From Flavobacteriaceae bacterium (lineage in GTDB: Bacteria; Bacteroidota; Bacteroidia; Flavobacteriales; Flavobacteriaceae), in the NCBI GenBank assembly GCA_041392065.1, contig JAWKMU010000005.1:156340-220339 (forward strand): a stretch of 64,000 bases of DNA, written 5' to 3'. Made by a program: the position numbers and the translations under genes. Position 1 is the stretch's first letter; the number at the start of each line of letters is the position of its first letter. This document shows positions 9,898-21,229 of this stretch, one piece after another. Below the pieces are notes generated by a model that had not been told where the DNA came from, made no database searches, and saw only the letters and a list, made by a program, of their open reading frames with translations.

Positions 9898-9920
9898 AAA
9901 AGTACTTTTTTTAAATACAA

Positions 9921-9955
9921 ATAGCCAATGTTCTCAACAATATTGGCTATTTTTT
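9921..9955 (+). terminator. rho-independent terminator after ychF
   Basis: Stem atagccaat/attggctat with a 12-nt loop, then TTTTT. Confidence 0.7.
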
Positions 9956-10036
9956 GTTAATTACTTTGCTTGTTCTTGGTTTCATTTTTTGTAACGTTAT
10001 ATTATATTAGCAACCTATCGAAAAAATCGCCTGTTC

Positions 10037-11899
10037 ATGTCTCAAGAAACCAAATATACTGAAGATAATATACGCTCACTCGACTGGAAGGAACACATCA
10101 GAATGCGTCCAGGAATGTATATTGGTAAACTTGGTGATGGCTCTTCGCCAGATGATGGTATTTACATTCTTGTCAAGGAAGTTTTAGACAACTCCATTGA
10201 CGAGTATGTCATGGGAGCTGGAAAAACCATTGAGATTTCCATACAAGGCAATAAGGTTATTGTACGTGATTATGGTCGTGGTATTCCGTTAGGAAAAGTG
10301 GTTGATGTGGTTTCTAAAATGAACACAGGAGGAAAATACGACTCTAAGGCATTTAAGAAATCGGTAGGATTAAATGGTGTTGGTACCAAAGCTGTAAATG
10401 CTTTGTCTACTTATTTTAGAGTAGAATCTACACGTGATGGGAAATCGGCTTCGGCAGAATTTGAGCAAGGTAATCTTATCAGTGAAGAAACTCTGGATGA
10501 TACTTCAAGACGAAAAGGTACCAAAGTATCTTTTGTTCCAGATGAAAGTATTTTTAAAAACTATAAATTCAGGAACGAATATGTAGCTAAACTGCTTAAG
10601 AACTACGTTTATCTAAATCCTGGATTGACTATCGTTTTCAATGGTGAAAAATTTTACAGCGAAAATGGTCTTAAAGATTTGTTGTCTGAAAACATTAACG
10701 ATTCAGACCAGTTATATCCAATCATCCACTTAAGAGGCGATGATATAGAAGTTGCTATTACTCATAGCAAAACGCAGTATAGTGAAGAGTACCATTCGTT
10801 TGTAAATGGTCAAAATACAACTCAAGGTGGTACGCATTTAGCAGCCTTTAGAGAGGCTTTAGTAAAGACCATAAGAGAGTTTTATGGCAAAAACTACGAA
10901 GCTTCAGATGTTAGAAAATCTGTTGTAGCTGCTGTATCCATAAAAGTGATGGAGCCTGTTTTTGAAAGTCAAACCAAAACAAAGTTAGGTTCTACAGACA
11001 TGGGAGGAAAGCTTCCAACGGTTAGAACTTATGTTAACGACTTTTTAAAAACACATCTTGATAATTATTTGCATAAAAATCCTGATGCAGCTGAGAAAAT
11101 TCAACGTAAAATTTTACAAGCAGAACGTGAGCGTAAAGAACTTTCAGGCATCAGAAAATTAGCAAAAGATAGAGCTAAAAAAGCAAGTCTTCACAATAAA
11201 AAATTACGCGATTGTCGTGTACATTTTGGTGACACTAAAAATGAACGCTACTTAGAAACCACACTTTTCATAACTGAGGGAGATTCGGCTTCTGGAAGTA
11301 TCACAAAATCTCGTGATGTGAATACACAAGCGGTTTTCAGTTTAAAAGGAAAGCCTTTAAACTGTTATGGTTTAAGTAAGAAAATTGTTTACGAAAATGA
11401 AGAATTTAACTTACTTCAAGCAGCTTTAAATATTGAAGAATCTCTTGAAGATTTGCGCTATAACAATGTTGTTATTGCTACTGATGCTGATGTAGATGGT
11501 ATGCACATTCGTTTGTTGCTCATCACATTTTTCCTTCAATTTTTTCCAGAAGTGATTAAAGAAGGTCATTTATACATTTTGCAAACACCTTTGTTTAGAG
11601 TCAGAAATAAAAAGGAAACTATTTATTGTTACACAGAAGAAGAACGCATAGATGCAATAGAAAAACTGAAGCCAAAACCAGAAATAACACGTTTTAAAGG
11701 TCTTGGTGAAATTTCTCCTGATGAATTTAAGCACTTTATCGGTAACAATATTAGGCTTGATCCTGTAATGTTAGATAAGGATATGTCTATTGAAGAATTA
11801 CTATCTTTTTACATGGGAAAAAACACACCAGAAAGGCAAGAGTTTATCATAGACAATCTTAAAGTAGAACTCGATTTAGTAGAAGATGCGAACAAATAA
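10037..11899 (+). CDS. parE: DNA topoisomerase IV subunit B
   Basis: 620 aa type IIA topoisomerase B subunit with a GHKL ATPase ([12 protein letters not shown]), Toprim (EGDSA) and PLxGK. I call it ParE rather than GyrB because it is short and is linked to a GyrA-family paralog that lacks the GyrA box. Confidence 0.85.
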   Translation: MSQETKYTEDNIRSLDWKEHIRMRPGMYIGKLGDGSSPDDGIYILVKEVLDNSIDEYVMGAGKTIEISIQGNKVIVRDYGRGIPLGKVVDVVSKMNTGGKYDSKAFKKSVGLNGVGTKAVNALSTYFRVESTRDGKSASAEFEQGNLISEETLDDTSRRKGTKVSFVPDESIFKNYKFRNEYVAKLLKNYVYLNPGLTIVFNGEKFYSENGLKDLLSENINDSDQLYPIIHLRGDDIEVAITHSKTQYSEEYHSFVNGQNTTQGGTHLAAFREALVKTIREFYGKNYEASDVRKSVVAAVSIKVMEPVFESQTKTKLGSTDMGGKLPTVRTYVNDFLKTHLDNYLHKNPDAAEKIQRKILQAERERKELSGIRKLAKDRAKKASLHNKKLRDCRVHFGDTKNERYLETTLFITEGDSASGSITKSRDVNTQAVFSLKGKPLNCYGLSKKIVYENEEFNLLQAALNIEESLEDLRYNNVVIATDADVDGMHIRLLLITFFLQFFPEVIKEGHLYILQTPLFRVRNKKETIYCYTEEERIDAIEKLKPKPEITRFKGLGEISPDEFKHFIGNNIRLDPVMLDKDMSIEELLSFYMGKNTPERQEFIIDNLKVELDLVEDANK

Positions 11900-12380
11900 C
11901 AGTAAGGTAAAAAACGTTATTATTTCAATGTACTTCATACTAATAGTGTTTGCTATACTATTGGCAACGTTGTTTAGTGCTTTTTCAGATTTAACAAGCA
12001 GTCCTACATTAACATTTTTTGTTGTCATAGCTGTTTTTGTATTCTTGTTTTTGGCTGCACATAAAGTATCCAAATACTTCGAGTATGATAGTGATGGAGT
12101 ACAAGTAGTTATTATAAATAGAGGCTTATTGCTATCAGATTACTTTAATTATAGAGAGCATAAGTTGGAATTTAAAAAAGAGCAACTAACAGGTTATAAA
12201 TTCAATAACTATTTGATTTACAAAAATTTAGTACTGTATCTTAAGAGTAAGCATAGTCATAATAAGAGAGAGGAATTTAATGTCACCTTAGTAAGTAGAA
12301 AAAAACGTAAATATATAAGACAATCCTTGAGTAAAATAATAAAGCACAACAAAACTTTAAAACAACAGATGAATGATTGA
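11886..12380 (+). CDS. small membrane protein (2 TM helices plus a basic soluble C-terminal domain), function unknown
   Basis: 164-aa ORF. It overlaps the parE stop by 14 nt and the parC start by 8 nt. TM helices are [22 protein letters not shown] and [15 protein letters not shown]. The C-terminus is Lys/Arg-rich. Confidence 0.55.
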   Translation: MRTNNSKVKNVIISMYFILIVFAILLATLFSAFSDLTSSPTLTFFVVIAVFVFLFLAAHKVSKYFEYDSDGVQVVIINRGLLLSDYFNYREHKLEFKKEQLTGYKFNNYLIYKNLVLYLKSKHSHNKREEFNVTLVSRKKRKYIRQSLSKIIKHNKTLKQQMND

Positions 12381-15033
12381 AGATAATGACGATTTATTAA
12401 ACCAAGCTAACGACAACGAGGAAACCATTACCAAAGTTACAGGTATGTACAAGGATTGGTTTCTTGATTATGCGTCATACGTAATTCTTGAACGTGCAGT
12501 TCCAGCCATAGAAGATGGTTTTAAACCAGTTCAACGTAGGATTATGCACTCTATGAAAGATTTGGACGATGGACGTTACAATAAAGTAGCCAATATTGTT
12601 GGTCACACGATGCAATATCATCCTCATGGTGATGCAAGTATAGCAGATGCTATGGTGCAAATTGGTCAGAAGGATTTGCTTATAGATACTCAAGGAAACT
12701 GGGGAAATATCCTTACTGGAGATGGTGCAGCTGCTTCTCGTTATATCGAAGCTCGACTATCTAAATTTGCTTTAGATGTCGTTTACAATCCAAAAATAAC
12801 CGAATGGCAAGCTTCTTATGATGGTCGTCGTAAAGAGCCTATTAACCTTCCTGTCATGTTTCCTTTGTTGTTAGCTCAAGGTGGCGAAGGAATTGCTGTA
12901 GGTTTATCTACAAAAATATTACCTCACAACTTTATTGAACTTATTGATGCTTCTGTAAAGCATTTACAAGGCAAACGATTTACATTGCTGCCAGATTTTC
13001 CAACAGCAGGAATTGCAGATTTTACCAATTACAATGATGGTTTACGTGGTGGAAGGGTTCGTATTAGGGCAAAAATATCTCAGTTAGATAAAAATACCTT
13101 GGTTATTACCGAAATTCCTTTTGGCACCAACACTTCAACATTAATCGACTCGATTTTAAAAGCCAACGATAAAGGTAAAATTAAAATTAAAAAGATTGAA
13201 GACAATACTGCTGCTGAGGTTGAGATTCTCATTCATTTGCCATCAGGTTTGTCACCAGATAAAACCATCGATGCGCTTTATGCATTCACAAGTTGTGAAA
13301 CCTCAATTTCTCCTTTAGGTTGTGTAATTGAAGACAATAAGCCTTTGTTTATTGGTGTGTCTGAAATGTTAAGACGCTCTACAGATAATACAGTGCAACT
13401 TCTTAAAAGCGACTTAGAAATAAAACTGGATGAGCTTGAAGAACAATGGCATTTTGCTTCTCTTGAACGTATTTTTATTGAAAATAGAATTTATCGCGAT
13501 ATTGAAGAAGAAGAAACTTGGGAAGGTGTTATTAGAGCTATCGATAAAGGACTTCAGCCACATATTAAACATTTAAAACGACCAATTACAGACGATGATA
13601 TTGCTCGACTTACAGAAATTAGGATCAAACGTATTTCAAAATTTGATATTGATAAAGCGCAGCAAAAAATTGATGCTCTCGAAGATCAAATCGCTGAGGT
13701 AAAGCATCATTTAGCAAATCTTATTGATTATGCAATTGCTTACTTTCAACGTTTGAAAAAAGACTATGGAGTAGGTAGAGAGCGTCAAACTGAAATTAGA
13801 GTATTCGATGATGTTGATGCAACTAAAGTAGTTATCAGAAACACCAAACTCTATGTCAATAGAGAAGAAGGCTTTGTAGGTACTTCCTTAAAGCGTGACG
13901 AATATGTATGTGATTGTAGTGATATAGACGATATTATTGTATTCACTAAAGAAGGCACTATGATGATCACTAAAGTAGATGCTAAGACCTTTATTGGCAA
14001 AGATATTATTCATGTTGCTGTGTTTAAGAAAAAGGACAAGCGTACTATTTACAACATGATTTATCGTGATGGTAAAGGTGGTCCAACTTATGTGAAACGC
14101 TTTAATGTGACTTCCATTACAAGAGATAAGGAATATGATATGACTAATGGTAATGCCAATTCCTTAATACATTATTTTTCTGCTAATCCAAATGGCGAAG
14201 CAGAAACTGTTACTGTGTTGCTGCGTCAGTCAGGTAGTATTAAAAAACTAAAATGGGATTTAGACTTTGCAGATATTATTATAAAAGGTCGTGCGTCTAA
14301 AGGAAATTTAGTAACTAAGTATTCTGTAAAGCGCATTGAACTTAAAGAAAAAGGAGTAAGCACCTTAAAACCACGTAAAATATGGTTTGATGATACTGTG
14401 CAGCGATTAAATGTTGATGATCGTGGAGAGTTGGTTGGAGAGTTTAGAGGAGAAGATCGAATTTTAATTATTACTCAAGCTGGAATTGTAAAAACCATTA
14501 TTCCAGAAATTACAGCTCGTTTTGATGAAGATATGATTATTATGGAAAAGTGGATTCCGAAGAAACCTATTTCTGCGATTTATTATGATGGTGAAAAAGA
14601 ACGCTATTTTGTAAAACGCTTTTTGGTTGAAAATGAAAATAAAGAAGAGAGTTTTATTTCAGAACATGAGAATTCTCATCTTGAAATTGTATCGACCGAC
14701 TGGAAGCCAGTTGCTGAGGTAGAATTCACAAAAGAACGAGGCAAAGACCGAAAAGATAATATGGTAGTGAATCTTGAAGAGTTTATTTCAGTAAAGGGTA
14801 TTAATGCACTTGGAAACCAGTTAACTAAAGAAAAAATAAATCAAATAAATTTATTAGATTCAATTCCTTATGAAGCTCCTGAGGAAGTACCAGCAGAAGA
14901 GATAGAAGTGATAGATGAAACTAATGTATCAGACGAAACACAATCTGAAGCTAAAGAAGAAAAAAAGGACTTTAATGGAGAAGCTCCTCCAGATTTTGAA
15001 ATAGACGAAGAAGGGCAGATTACGTTGTTTTAG
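12373..15033 (+). CDS. parC: DNA topoisomerase IV subunit A
   Basis: 886 aa GyrA/ParC family protein with the active-site region AAASRYIEARL. It has no QRRGGKG-type GyrA box, a divergent C-terminal domain and an acidic tail. The true gyrA is elsewhere in the window. Confidence 0.85.
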   Translation: MIEDNDDLLNQANDNEETITKVTGMYKDWFLDYASYVILERAVPAIEDGFKPVQRRIMHSMKDLDDGRYNKVANIVGHTMQYHPHGDASIADAMVQIGQKDLLIDTQGNWGNILTGDGAAASRYIEARLSKFALDVVYNPKITEWQASYDGRRKEPINLPVMFPLLLAQGGEGIAVGLSTKILPHNFIELIDASVKHLQGKRFTLLPDFPTAGIADFTNYNDGLRGGRVRIRAKISQLDKNTLVITEIPFGTNTSTLIDSILKANDKGKIKIKKIEDNTAAEVEILIHLPSGLSPDKTIDALYAFTSCETSISPLGCVIEDNKPLFIGVSEMLRRSTDNTVQLLKSDLEIKLDELEEQWHFASLERIFIENRIYRDIEEEETWEGVIRAIDKGLQPHIKHLKRPITDDDIARLTEIRIKRISKFDIDKAQQKIDALEDQIAEVKHHLANLIDYAIAYFQRLKKDYGVGRERQTEIRVFDDVDATKVVIRNTKLYVNREEGFVGTSLKRDEYVCDCSDIDDIIVFTKEGTMMITKVDAKTFIGKDIIHVAVFKKKDKRTIYNMIYRDGKGGPTYVKRFNVTSITRDKEYDMTNGNANSLIHYFSANPNGEAETVTVLLRQSGSIKKLKWDLDFADIIIKGRASKGNLVTKYSVKRIELKEKGVSTLKPRKIWFDDTVQRLNVDDRGELVGEFRGEDRILIITQAGIVKTIIPEITARFDEDMIIMEKWIPKKPISAIYYDGEKERYFVKRFLVENENKEESFISEHENSHLEIVSTDWKPVAEVEFTKERGKDRKDNMVVNLEEFISVKGINALGNQLTKEKINQINLLDSIPYEAPEEVPAEEIEVIDETNVSDETQSEAKEEKKDFNGEAPPDFEIDEEGQITLF

Positions 15034-15482
15034 TCTTGTTTTGTTTTTTCAGGTATTGGTCTGTAAGTATATGATTTTTGTACTATTTTCCAGTTTCCTT
15101 CATATTTTAAGAGTAGGAAGTAATCGGTAAATATCCTCCAATTTGGTATAACAATTTCTGCTTTAGCAATGGCAGCATCTTTTTCAAAATCAATAGAAAT
15201 TATTCTACCAATTCGACTGTTTTTTTCACCTTCTTTTACATTGTCTATGTAAGCTTTCCCTGAACGAATCCATAGGCTATCATTTGTAATAGTGTATAAA
15301 TTAAAGTCAGGATGAAAAGCACGTCTCAGTTTTTCAGGTTCTCCATTTGCAGTGCCATCAATATAATCCTTTAACGTTTGGGTAATTTGTTCAATTTCAG
15401 ATTTACTATCCTCAGCTTGCGCATTAATAGATAACGTGCTTATAAGGAAACAAATAAATACTACTATTTTTATTGACTTCAT
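15030..15482 (-). CDS. secreted NTF2-like (SnoaL-like) fold protein
   Basis: I trimmed the start to the ATG at 15482 (MKSIKIVVFICFLISTLSINAQA signal peptide). The body (DYIDGTANGEPEKLRRAFHPDF ... YFLLLKYEGNWKIVQKSY) resembles nuclear transport factor 2 family proteins. Confidence 0.6.
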   Translation of the reverse strand: MKSIKIVVFICFLISTLSINAQAEDSKSEIEQITQTLKDYIDGTANGEPEKLRRAFHPDFNLYTITNDSLWIRSGKAYIDNVKEGEKNSRIGRIISIDFEKDAAIAKAEIVIPNWRIFTDYFLLLKYEGNWKIVQKSYTYRPIPEKTKQD

Positions 15483-15606
15483 TTTTTTTATGTCTTTTAT
15501 TAAATGGAAGTTGTTAGCGGAAAGATAATGAATTGTAATCAATTTTGATTGATGATTTTACACTCCTATTAAAAGCCTTGATAACAGTATTAAATTAGAT
15601 AAAGTT

Positions 15607-16962
15607 TTAATTTTTATTCGTGTAGACCTTACCGCTTTTTATTACTTTATTTATAGTCAATGTATTACTAATTGATTCAAGCGGATTTTTGTCAAGTAAT
15701 ATTAAGTCTGCTACGAAATTTTCTTTAATCAGCCCTTTATTCGTTAAATTAAAATATGCTGCTGGATTAATAGTTGCCGTCCTAATAGCTTCAATAGGAG
15801 TTAATCCAGCATGTTCAACCATTAATTTTAATTCCTCGTGTAAGGAAAATCCAGGAATACCACCTTCACATGCAATATCTGAACCTGCAAGCAATCCTAC
15901 GCCTTTATCATTTAGTCTTTTGACTAATTTTTTGTGAGCCATCCACCAAAGTGAATCACCTTTTTTATCTGGATTGTTTTCCATATTAATCATATGTTCT
16001 GAAAAACTATTTTTAACAGATTCAGGAAGTTGGTTTCTTAATGAATTGTTTACCCAAAGTGAATCGTTAAATCGCTGCCTAGCAAATTGCACTGCCATTG
16101 TAGGCACAAACCAAGTTTTATTTATTATGAAAGCTTCAATTGCTTTTTCAGAATCTTGTACCCATGGTTTTACAAACTCTCTATCTTCTTGAGTATATGA
16201 ATCTTCAATCATAAATTGCTCTAATTCATTTGGGTCGTTTGTAAAGCAATAGAGTATTTGTTCTCTTAAATGTTCAATGCTTTTTTGACCTAAATCTGAA
16301 ATTTCAGATAGTAGTAAAGACTCAGATACATGACCAACAAAATCTATGTTATTTTTTTTGCTTAGCCGAGCAATCTCCTTATAAGCATCAGCTGGAATTT
16401 GTTCATAGACTTTTATAAAATCTATCTTGTTTTTTAAAATAGTTTCAAAACTTTTTTGAACGTTTTCAATATTATTGGCATTTAATGATGTTGGCCATCC
16501 TGTACCACTTAAAATTTGCCCTGATATGAATAATTCAGGACCTTCAATTTCATTATCATAAATTTTCTGTTTCCATGTATTTAGAATTTCAGGACAAAGA
16601 GATTCACAACCATCAGTTGGCTTTGTAACACAACCTCCCATGTCTCTTACTCCAACAATTCCATAATCCATGAACATTTCTAAATAAGATGAATCTTGAA
16701 TGTGTACATGCATATCCCAAAATGCTGGAATTAAATATTTTCCAGATCCATCTATTTTGGTTTTGTAGTAATTAGCATTCTCAGTATGGTCTGATACTGA
16801 AATAATCTTAGAGTTATTGATAATGACATCTTGATTTTTAATCAGATCACCTGTTATTACATCAATGATGTTTACATTAGAAATAATGAGGTCAATAGTT
16901 TTATTACTCTGCGAATTACATCCAAAGCATAAAATAAAAAGAAGGATGCCAAAATATCTCAT
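15607..16962 (-). CDS. amidohydrolase-family metallo-hydrolase (lipoprotein)
   Basis: 451 aa. It has the signal MRYFGILLFILCFGCNSQ, the HxH metal motif WDMHVHIQD and a C-terminal DLILLDKNPL motif typical of the amidohydrolase superfamily. Confidence 0.75.
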   Translation of the reverse strand: MRYFGILLFILCFGCNSQSNKTIDLIISNVNIIDVITGDLIKNQDVIINNSKIISVSDHTENANYYKTKIDGSGKYLIPAFWDMHVHIQDSSYLEMFMDYGIVGVRDMGGCVTKPTDGCESLCPEILNTWKQKIYDNEIEGPELFISGQILSGTGWPTSLNANNIENVQKSFETILKNKIDFIKVYEQIPADAYKEIARLSKKNNIDFVGHVSESLLLSEISDLGQKSIEHLREQILYCFTNDPNELEQFMIEDSYTQEDREFVKPWVQDSEKAIEAFIINKTWFVPTMAVQFARQRFNDSLWVNNSLRNQLPESVKNSFSEHMINMENNPDKKGDSLWWMAHKKLVKRLNDKGVGLLAGSDIACEGGIPGFSLHEELKLMVEHAGLTPIEAIRTATINPAAYFNLTNKGLIKENFVADLILLDKNPLESISNTLTINKVIKSGKVYTNKN

Positions 16963-17046
16963 TATAGAAATTGAAGGTCAACTAAATGTATGTAAGCAAG
17001 CTAAGCTAAAATTATAAAATGATTTAACTATTAAGTTAGGAATTTT

Positions 17047-17796
17047 TTACTCCTCTGCACTCTCTTCCATGGTATGATATACGTTTTGTACATCATCATC
17101 TTCTTCAAGCTTTTCAAGTAGTTTTTCAACATCAGCAACAGCTTCAGCATCTAGTTTTTTAGTGACTTGAGGTATGCGCTCAAATCCTGAGGAGAGGATT
17201 TCTATATTATTGTCTTCTAAGTAAGCTTGTATTTTACCAAAACTTTCAAAAGGTGCATAAACCATGACACTCTTTATCTCGTTTCCATCTGCATCTTCAT
17301 CAGTATCTTCAAAGACTTCTTCAACACCAAAATCAATGAGTTCTAATTCTAATTCTTCTAAATCCAAATCATCACCATTCAACTTAAAATTACAAGTATG
17401 GTCAAACATAAACACTACAGAACCAGAAGTCCCTAAACTACCATCGCATTTATTGAAATAGCTTCGTACATTGGCAACAGTACGTGTATTATTGTCAGTT
17501 GCAGTTTCTACCAAAACAGCAATGCCATGTGGAGCATAACCTTCAAAAATAACCTCTTTATAATCACCTTGATTTTTATCGCTTGCACGTTTTATGGCAC
17601 GCTCAATATTGTCCTTTGGCATGTTTACAGATTTTGCATTCTGAATTACTGCACGAAGTCTGGAGTTGCTATCAGGATCAGGACCACCTTCTTTTACTGC
17701 CATGACAATGTCTTTTCCAATACGAGTAAAGGCCTTGCTCATTGCAGACCATCGTTTCATTTTACGTGCTTTACGAAATTCAAAAGCTCTTCCCAT
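17047..17796 (-). CDS. YebC/PmpR family DNA-binding transcriptional regulator
   Basis: 249 aa. N-terminus MGRAFEFRKARKMKRW and the overall YebC pattern. Confidence 0.92.
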   Translation of the reverse strand: MGRAFEFRKARKMKRWSAMSKAFTRIGKDIVMAVKEGGPDPDSNSRLRAVIQNAKSVNMPKDNIERAIKRASDKNQGDYKEVIFEGYAPHGIAVLVETATDNNTRTVANVRSYFNKCDGSLGTSGSVVFMFDHTCNFKLNGDDLDLEELELELIDFGVEEVFEDTDEDADGNEIKSVMVYAPFESFGKIQAYLEDNNIEILSSGFERIPQVTKKLDAEAVADVEKLLEKLEEDDDVQNVYHTMEESAEE

Positions 17797-17932
17797 AAGT
17801 TGTTATTTTGTTTGTTGTTAAGTTGTAATTTATTTCAAGATTTCGAAAAGCAAATATAAAAATATTAGTCTTCTTAAATAATGTAATAAACTAAATTACT
17901 GAGGCTGCTAACTGAAAATTGTAAACTGACTC

Positions 17933-18223
17933 CTATTCTTCAACTTCAACAATAGCTTCTATGGCTTTTGCTAATTCAAAGTCTTTTTCTGTTACACCAT
18001 TAGCACTATGAGTAGATAACGATATAGTAAGCACGTTATATACGTTGCTCCAATTTGGATGATGATTTAAGGCTTCACACTCAAAAGCAATTCTGCTCAT
18101 AGCACTGAAGCAGTCTTTAAAGTTTTCGAATTCAAATTCGGCATGTATAGCATCATCATAGTAATCCCAATCTGGGAAATGTAGCATTCGTTGTTCTATT
18201 TCTTCAGTAGATAGTTTTGACAT
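17933..18223 (-). CDS. 4a-hydroxytetrahydrobiopterin (pterin-4a-carbinolamine) dehydratase
   Basis: I trimmed the start to the ATG at 18223 (MSKLSTEEIEQ...). It carries the conserved NHHPNWSNVYN motif of PCD/DCoH. Confidence 0.85.
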   Translation of the reverse strand: MSKLSTEEIEQRMLHFPDWDYYDDAIHAEFEFENFKDCFSAMSRIAFECEALNHHPNWSNVYNVLTISLSTHSANGVTEKDFELAKAIEAIVEVEE

Positions 18224-18278
18224 TTTTGTTAAGGTTTTTGTTGAATTTAAATGTAATGAATTAAAGTTCACCAATCAA

Positions 18279-19109
18279 CTAAACTTCCAGTTCCTGCAAA
18301 ATTTCTGCGCTATTAATTTGTAGATGTTTTGGAAGTTTATTGTCCTTTGGTAGAACTGCAAGATAACGTTCGTCATTAGTGGTATAAACGTGTTTATAGA
18401 TGGGTTTGTAATTACCTAAAGATTTAATAATATCACTGATAAACTCATCATGGTGCACCAAATCTGTACTTCCTAAATGAAAGACACCATATTTGTTCTG
18501 GTTGATGATGTAATGTATTTGCTGAGTCAATTTGTTATCTGAAGTTACATTCATTACTAAATTAGGAAATACCTCAATAGGTAACTTTTCTTTCAGTAAT
18601 AATTTAATGTCTTCAACACGCGGAGAAAATGCACCAAAAACCATAGGTAGCCTTAAAATAGCAACTTTCATTTTTGGTAAGCGAAAAAGCATATTTTCAA
18701 TTTTTATTTTAAAATGTCCATAAACACTATTGCTCAAGGTTTTGTCATACTCATAACTTGGGAATTTACTGTAAGCATCAAACGCATTGGCAGAAGACAA
18801 AAAGATAAGTCGTGCTTTGTTTTGTAACACATATTCAGATAAATGCTGGTGAGCAATAATTTGTGCTGAAAAATCGCCACGTAAAGCAGAAATAATAATG
18901 GTTGGTTTAACAGCATTTAAAATATCAAATACATCATCTTCTTCAATGTTATAGTGAAAGAAATGCTGATTGTTCTCAAAAGGTTTGCTATTAGTATTGT
19001 AGGTGCCAAAAGTTCTGAAATAGGAGCAGAGTTCTTTGTAAATGGCATTGCCTATAAAGCCACTTGCTCCTAAAATTAGAATTCTTGTTTGTTGCTTTAT
19101 TTGAGGCAT
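18279..19109 (-). CDS. NAD(P)-dependent epimerase/dehydratase-family (RmlD-like sugar-nucleotide-binding) protein
   Basis: 276 aa. Rossmann motif ILILGASGFIGNAIY and a short-chain extended SDR layout. Confidence 0.6.
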   Translation of the reverse strand: MPQIKQQTRILILGASGFIGNAIYKELCSYFRTFGTYNTNSKPFENNQHFFHYNIEEDDVFDILNAVKPTIIISALRGDFSAQIIAHQHLSEYVLQNKARLIFLSSANAFDAYSKFPSYEYDKTLSNSVYGHFKIKIENMLFRLPKMKVAILRLPMVFGAFSPRVEDIKLLLKEKLPIEVFPNLVMNVTSDNKLTQQIHYIINQNKYGVFHLGSTDLVHHDEFISDIIKSLGNYKPIYKHVYTTNDERYLAVLPKDNKLPKHLQINSAEILQELEV

Positions 19110-19114
19110 TAGTT

Positions 19115-20029
19115 TTAAAAAATAGAGAGTTTGGTCTTGGTGGTAAATTGCTCAAGAGCTTTCATTCCTAATAATGAATTTCCTCTTTCGTTTAAGCCTG
19201 GAGACCAAGTTGTAATGGTAAAATGATTAGGTAATAAGGCGATGATACCACCACCTACACCACTTTTTCCTGGTAAACCAACCTCAAAAGCAAATTCACC
19301 AGCTTCATCATAAAAACCACAAGTAAGCATGATAGCATTAATACGTTTTGCTTGGCTTGAGGTTAAACGTTCTTTTTGTTGTAAGCATTTACCATGATTG
19401 GCAAACATGAAAAAAGCATTGGATAATTGCTCACAAGTCATTTCTATTGAGCACTGATGAAAATATAAATCCAGAACTTCATCGACATCATTTTCCAAAT
19501 TATTAAATGCTTTTAGCAAATTTGCTGCAGCATAATTACCAAAACCTGTAAGACGTTCAGATTTTGCTACACTGTAGTTAAAATCTATGGTTTTATCATT
19601 AGCCAAGTCACGTATATAATCTAGAAATACTTGTTTAGGGTTTTTAAAGTGAGACACCATCATGTCAGCAATAACAATAGCTCCAGCATTTATAAAAGGA
19701 TTTCTAGGAATGCCATTTTCCAGTTCTAATAAAGATAAATGATTGAAAGGGTTGCCAGAAGGTTCTACATCCATGCGTTCCCAAATATCATCTTTGTGAA
19801 TGGGTAACATTAACGCCAATGATAGTGCTTTTGAAATACTTTGAATTGAAAAGGGTACATTCCAATTTCCAGTGGCATAAGAGTTACCATTAATATGTTT
19901 TAAATGAATACCAAAATTTTGAGGATCTATGTCTGATAATTCAGGAATGTAAGAAGCGACTAAACCTCTGTTTGCTTCATTCTTTAAATCCTTATGAATA
20001 GACTCAATAACACTTTGGAAATCTACCAT
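19115..20029 (-). CDS. glsA: glutaminase A
   Basis: 304 aa. Beta-lactamase-fold glutaminase motifs FSIQSISK and PGKSGVGGGI. Confidence 0.9.
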   Translation of the reverse strand: MVDFQSVIESIHKDLKNEANRGLVASYIPELSDIDPQNFGIHLKHINGNSYATGNWNVPFSIQSISKALSLALMLPIHKDDIWERMDVEPSGNPFNHLSLLELENGIPRNPFINAGAIVIADMMVSHFKNPKQVFLDYIRDLANDKTIDFNYSVAKSERLTGFGNYAAANLLKAFNNLENDVDEVLDLYFHQCSIEMTCEQLSNAFFMFANHGKCLQQKERLTSSQAKRINAIMLTCGFYDEAGEFAFEVGLPGKSGVGGGIIALLPNHFTITTWSPGLNERGNSLLGMKALEQFTTKTKLSIF

Positions 20030-20032
20030 GTG

Positions 20033-21115
20033 CTAACCTTTATAAAAAGGCAGTTTTACAACGGTTGCTAGAACTGCATTTTTTCTAATTTGAATATTTA
20101 TTTTGCTGCCAATATCTGTAAAGACAGTTGGAACGTAACCTAAACCTATGCCAATACCTAAGCTAGGACTCATAGTGCCAGAAGTGACTTCACCAATCTT
20201 ATTTCCGTTGCCATCAACAATATCGTATCCATGACGAGGTATTCCACGTTCGTCCAACTCAAAAGCAACTAATTTACGCTCTGGTCCACGACGTTTTTGG
20301 TCTTCAAGGGCTTCAGAATTGGTAAATTCTTTGGTGAATTTTGTGATCCAACCCAAACCAGCTTCAATTGGAGAAGTTGTATCATCTATATCATTTCCGT
20401 AAAGGCAATAACCCATTTCAAGACGCAAAGTATCTCGTGCTGCTAAGCCAATAGGTTTAATACCATAAGCTGCTCCAGCTTCAAACACCTTATCCCAAAC
20501 TTGCTTTACTTCACTGTTTTTGCAATAAATTTCAAATCCTCCACTTCCTGTATAACCAGTTGCAGAGATAATTACATGCTCTATACCAGCAAAATCGCCG
20601 ACAATAAAATTATAGAATTTAATAGCTGATAAGTCATGGCTTGAAAGACTCTGCATCGCTTCAACCGCTTTTGGACCTTGTATTGCTAAGAGTGAATAAT
20701 CCTCAGACAAATCTCGCATTTCTGCTCCAACGTCATTTTTAGATTTAATCCAGTTCCAATCTTTTTCAATATTGCTAGCATTAACAACTAATAAATAAGT
20801 TTCATCTTTAACTTGGTATACAATTAAATCATCAACAATTCCTCCATCATCGTTTGGCATGCAGCTATATTGAGCTTTTCCTACAGATAATTTACTAGCA
20901 TCGTTACTTGTTACTTTTTGGATTAAAGCTAAAGCATTTGGTCCTTCAATTAAAAATTCGCCCATGTGAGAAACGTCAAACACACCAACACCTTTTCTAA
21001 CGGTTTCGTGTTCTATATTTACACCTTCATATTGAACTGGCATGTTATAGCCAGCGAATGGTACCATTTTTGCTCCAAGGGCTTCGTGAGTAGAAGTTAA
21101 CGCTGTATTTTTCAT
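20033..21115 (-). CDS. gcvT: glycine cleavage system aminomethyltransferase T
   Basis: 360 aa. [26 protein letters not shown] and [10 protein letters not shown] motifs. Confidence 0.95.
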   Translation of the reverse strand: MKNTALTSTHEALGAKMVPFAGYNMPVQYEGVNIEHETVRKGVGVFDVSHMGEFLIEGPNALALIQKVTSNDASKLSVGKAQYSCMPNDDGGIVDDLIVYQVKDETYLLVVNASNIEKDWNWIKSKNDVGAEMRDLSEDYSLLAIQGPKAVEAMQSLSSHDLSAIKFYNFIVGDFAGIEHVIISATGYTGSGGFEIYCKNSEVKQVWDKVFEAGAAYGIKPIGLAARDTLRLEMGYCLYGNDIDDTTSPIEAGLGWITKFTKEFTNSEALEDQKRRGPERKLVAFELDERGIPRHGYDIVDGNGNKIGEVTSGTMSPSLGIGIGLGYVPTVFTDIGSKINIQIRKNAVLATVVKLPFYKG

Positions 21116-21229
21116 CTGTAGTCAAATAAATTTAGTGACACAAAACTACATAAATTTTATGTTATACTATTTATAAAATTCGCTTTAAAATAGTTTAGAA
21201 AAGAATCGCTATTTATTTGAATTTATTAC

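Noticed and set aside
12373-15033. A possible second gyrA copy (duplicate gyrase)
   Set aside because: It lacks the GyrA box, which is present as QNRGGVG in the 42319..44838 protein. It also has a divergent C-terminal domain and is linked to a short GyrB-family gene. Topoisomerase IV ParC/ParE is the better call.
15030-15033. Overlapping stop codons of convergent parC and the NTF2-like gene with no terminator between them, which might indicate a mis-called gene
   Set aside because: Both reading frames are long and have family-typical sequence. Convergent stop overlap is unusual but not evidence of an error, and I do not see a further signal here.
21116-21229. A glycine riboswitch expected upstream of gcvT
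   Set aside because: The 114-nt upstream spacer is extremely AT-rich. I could not find the conserved GGAGAG...CACCG-type cores. It is also too short for a tandem glycine aptamer.
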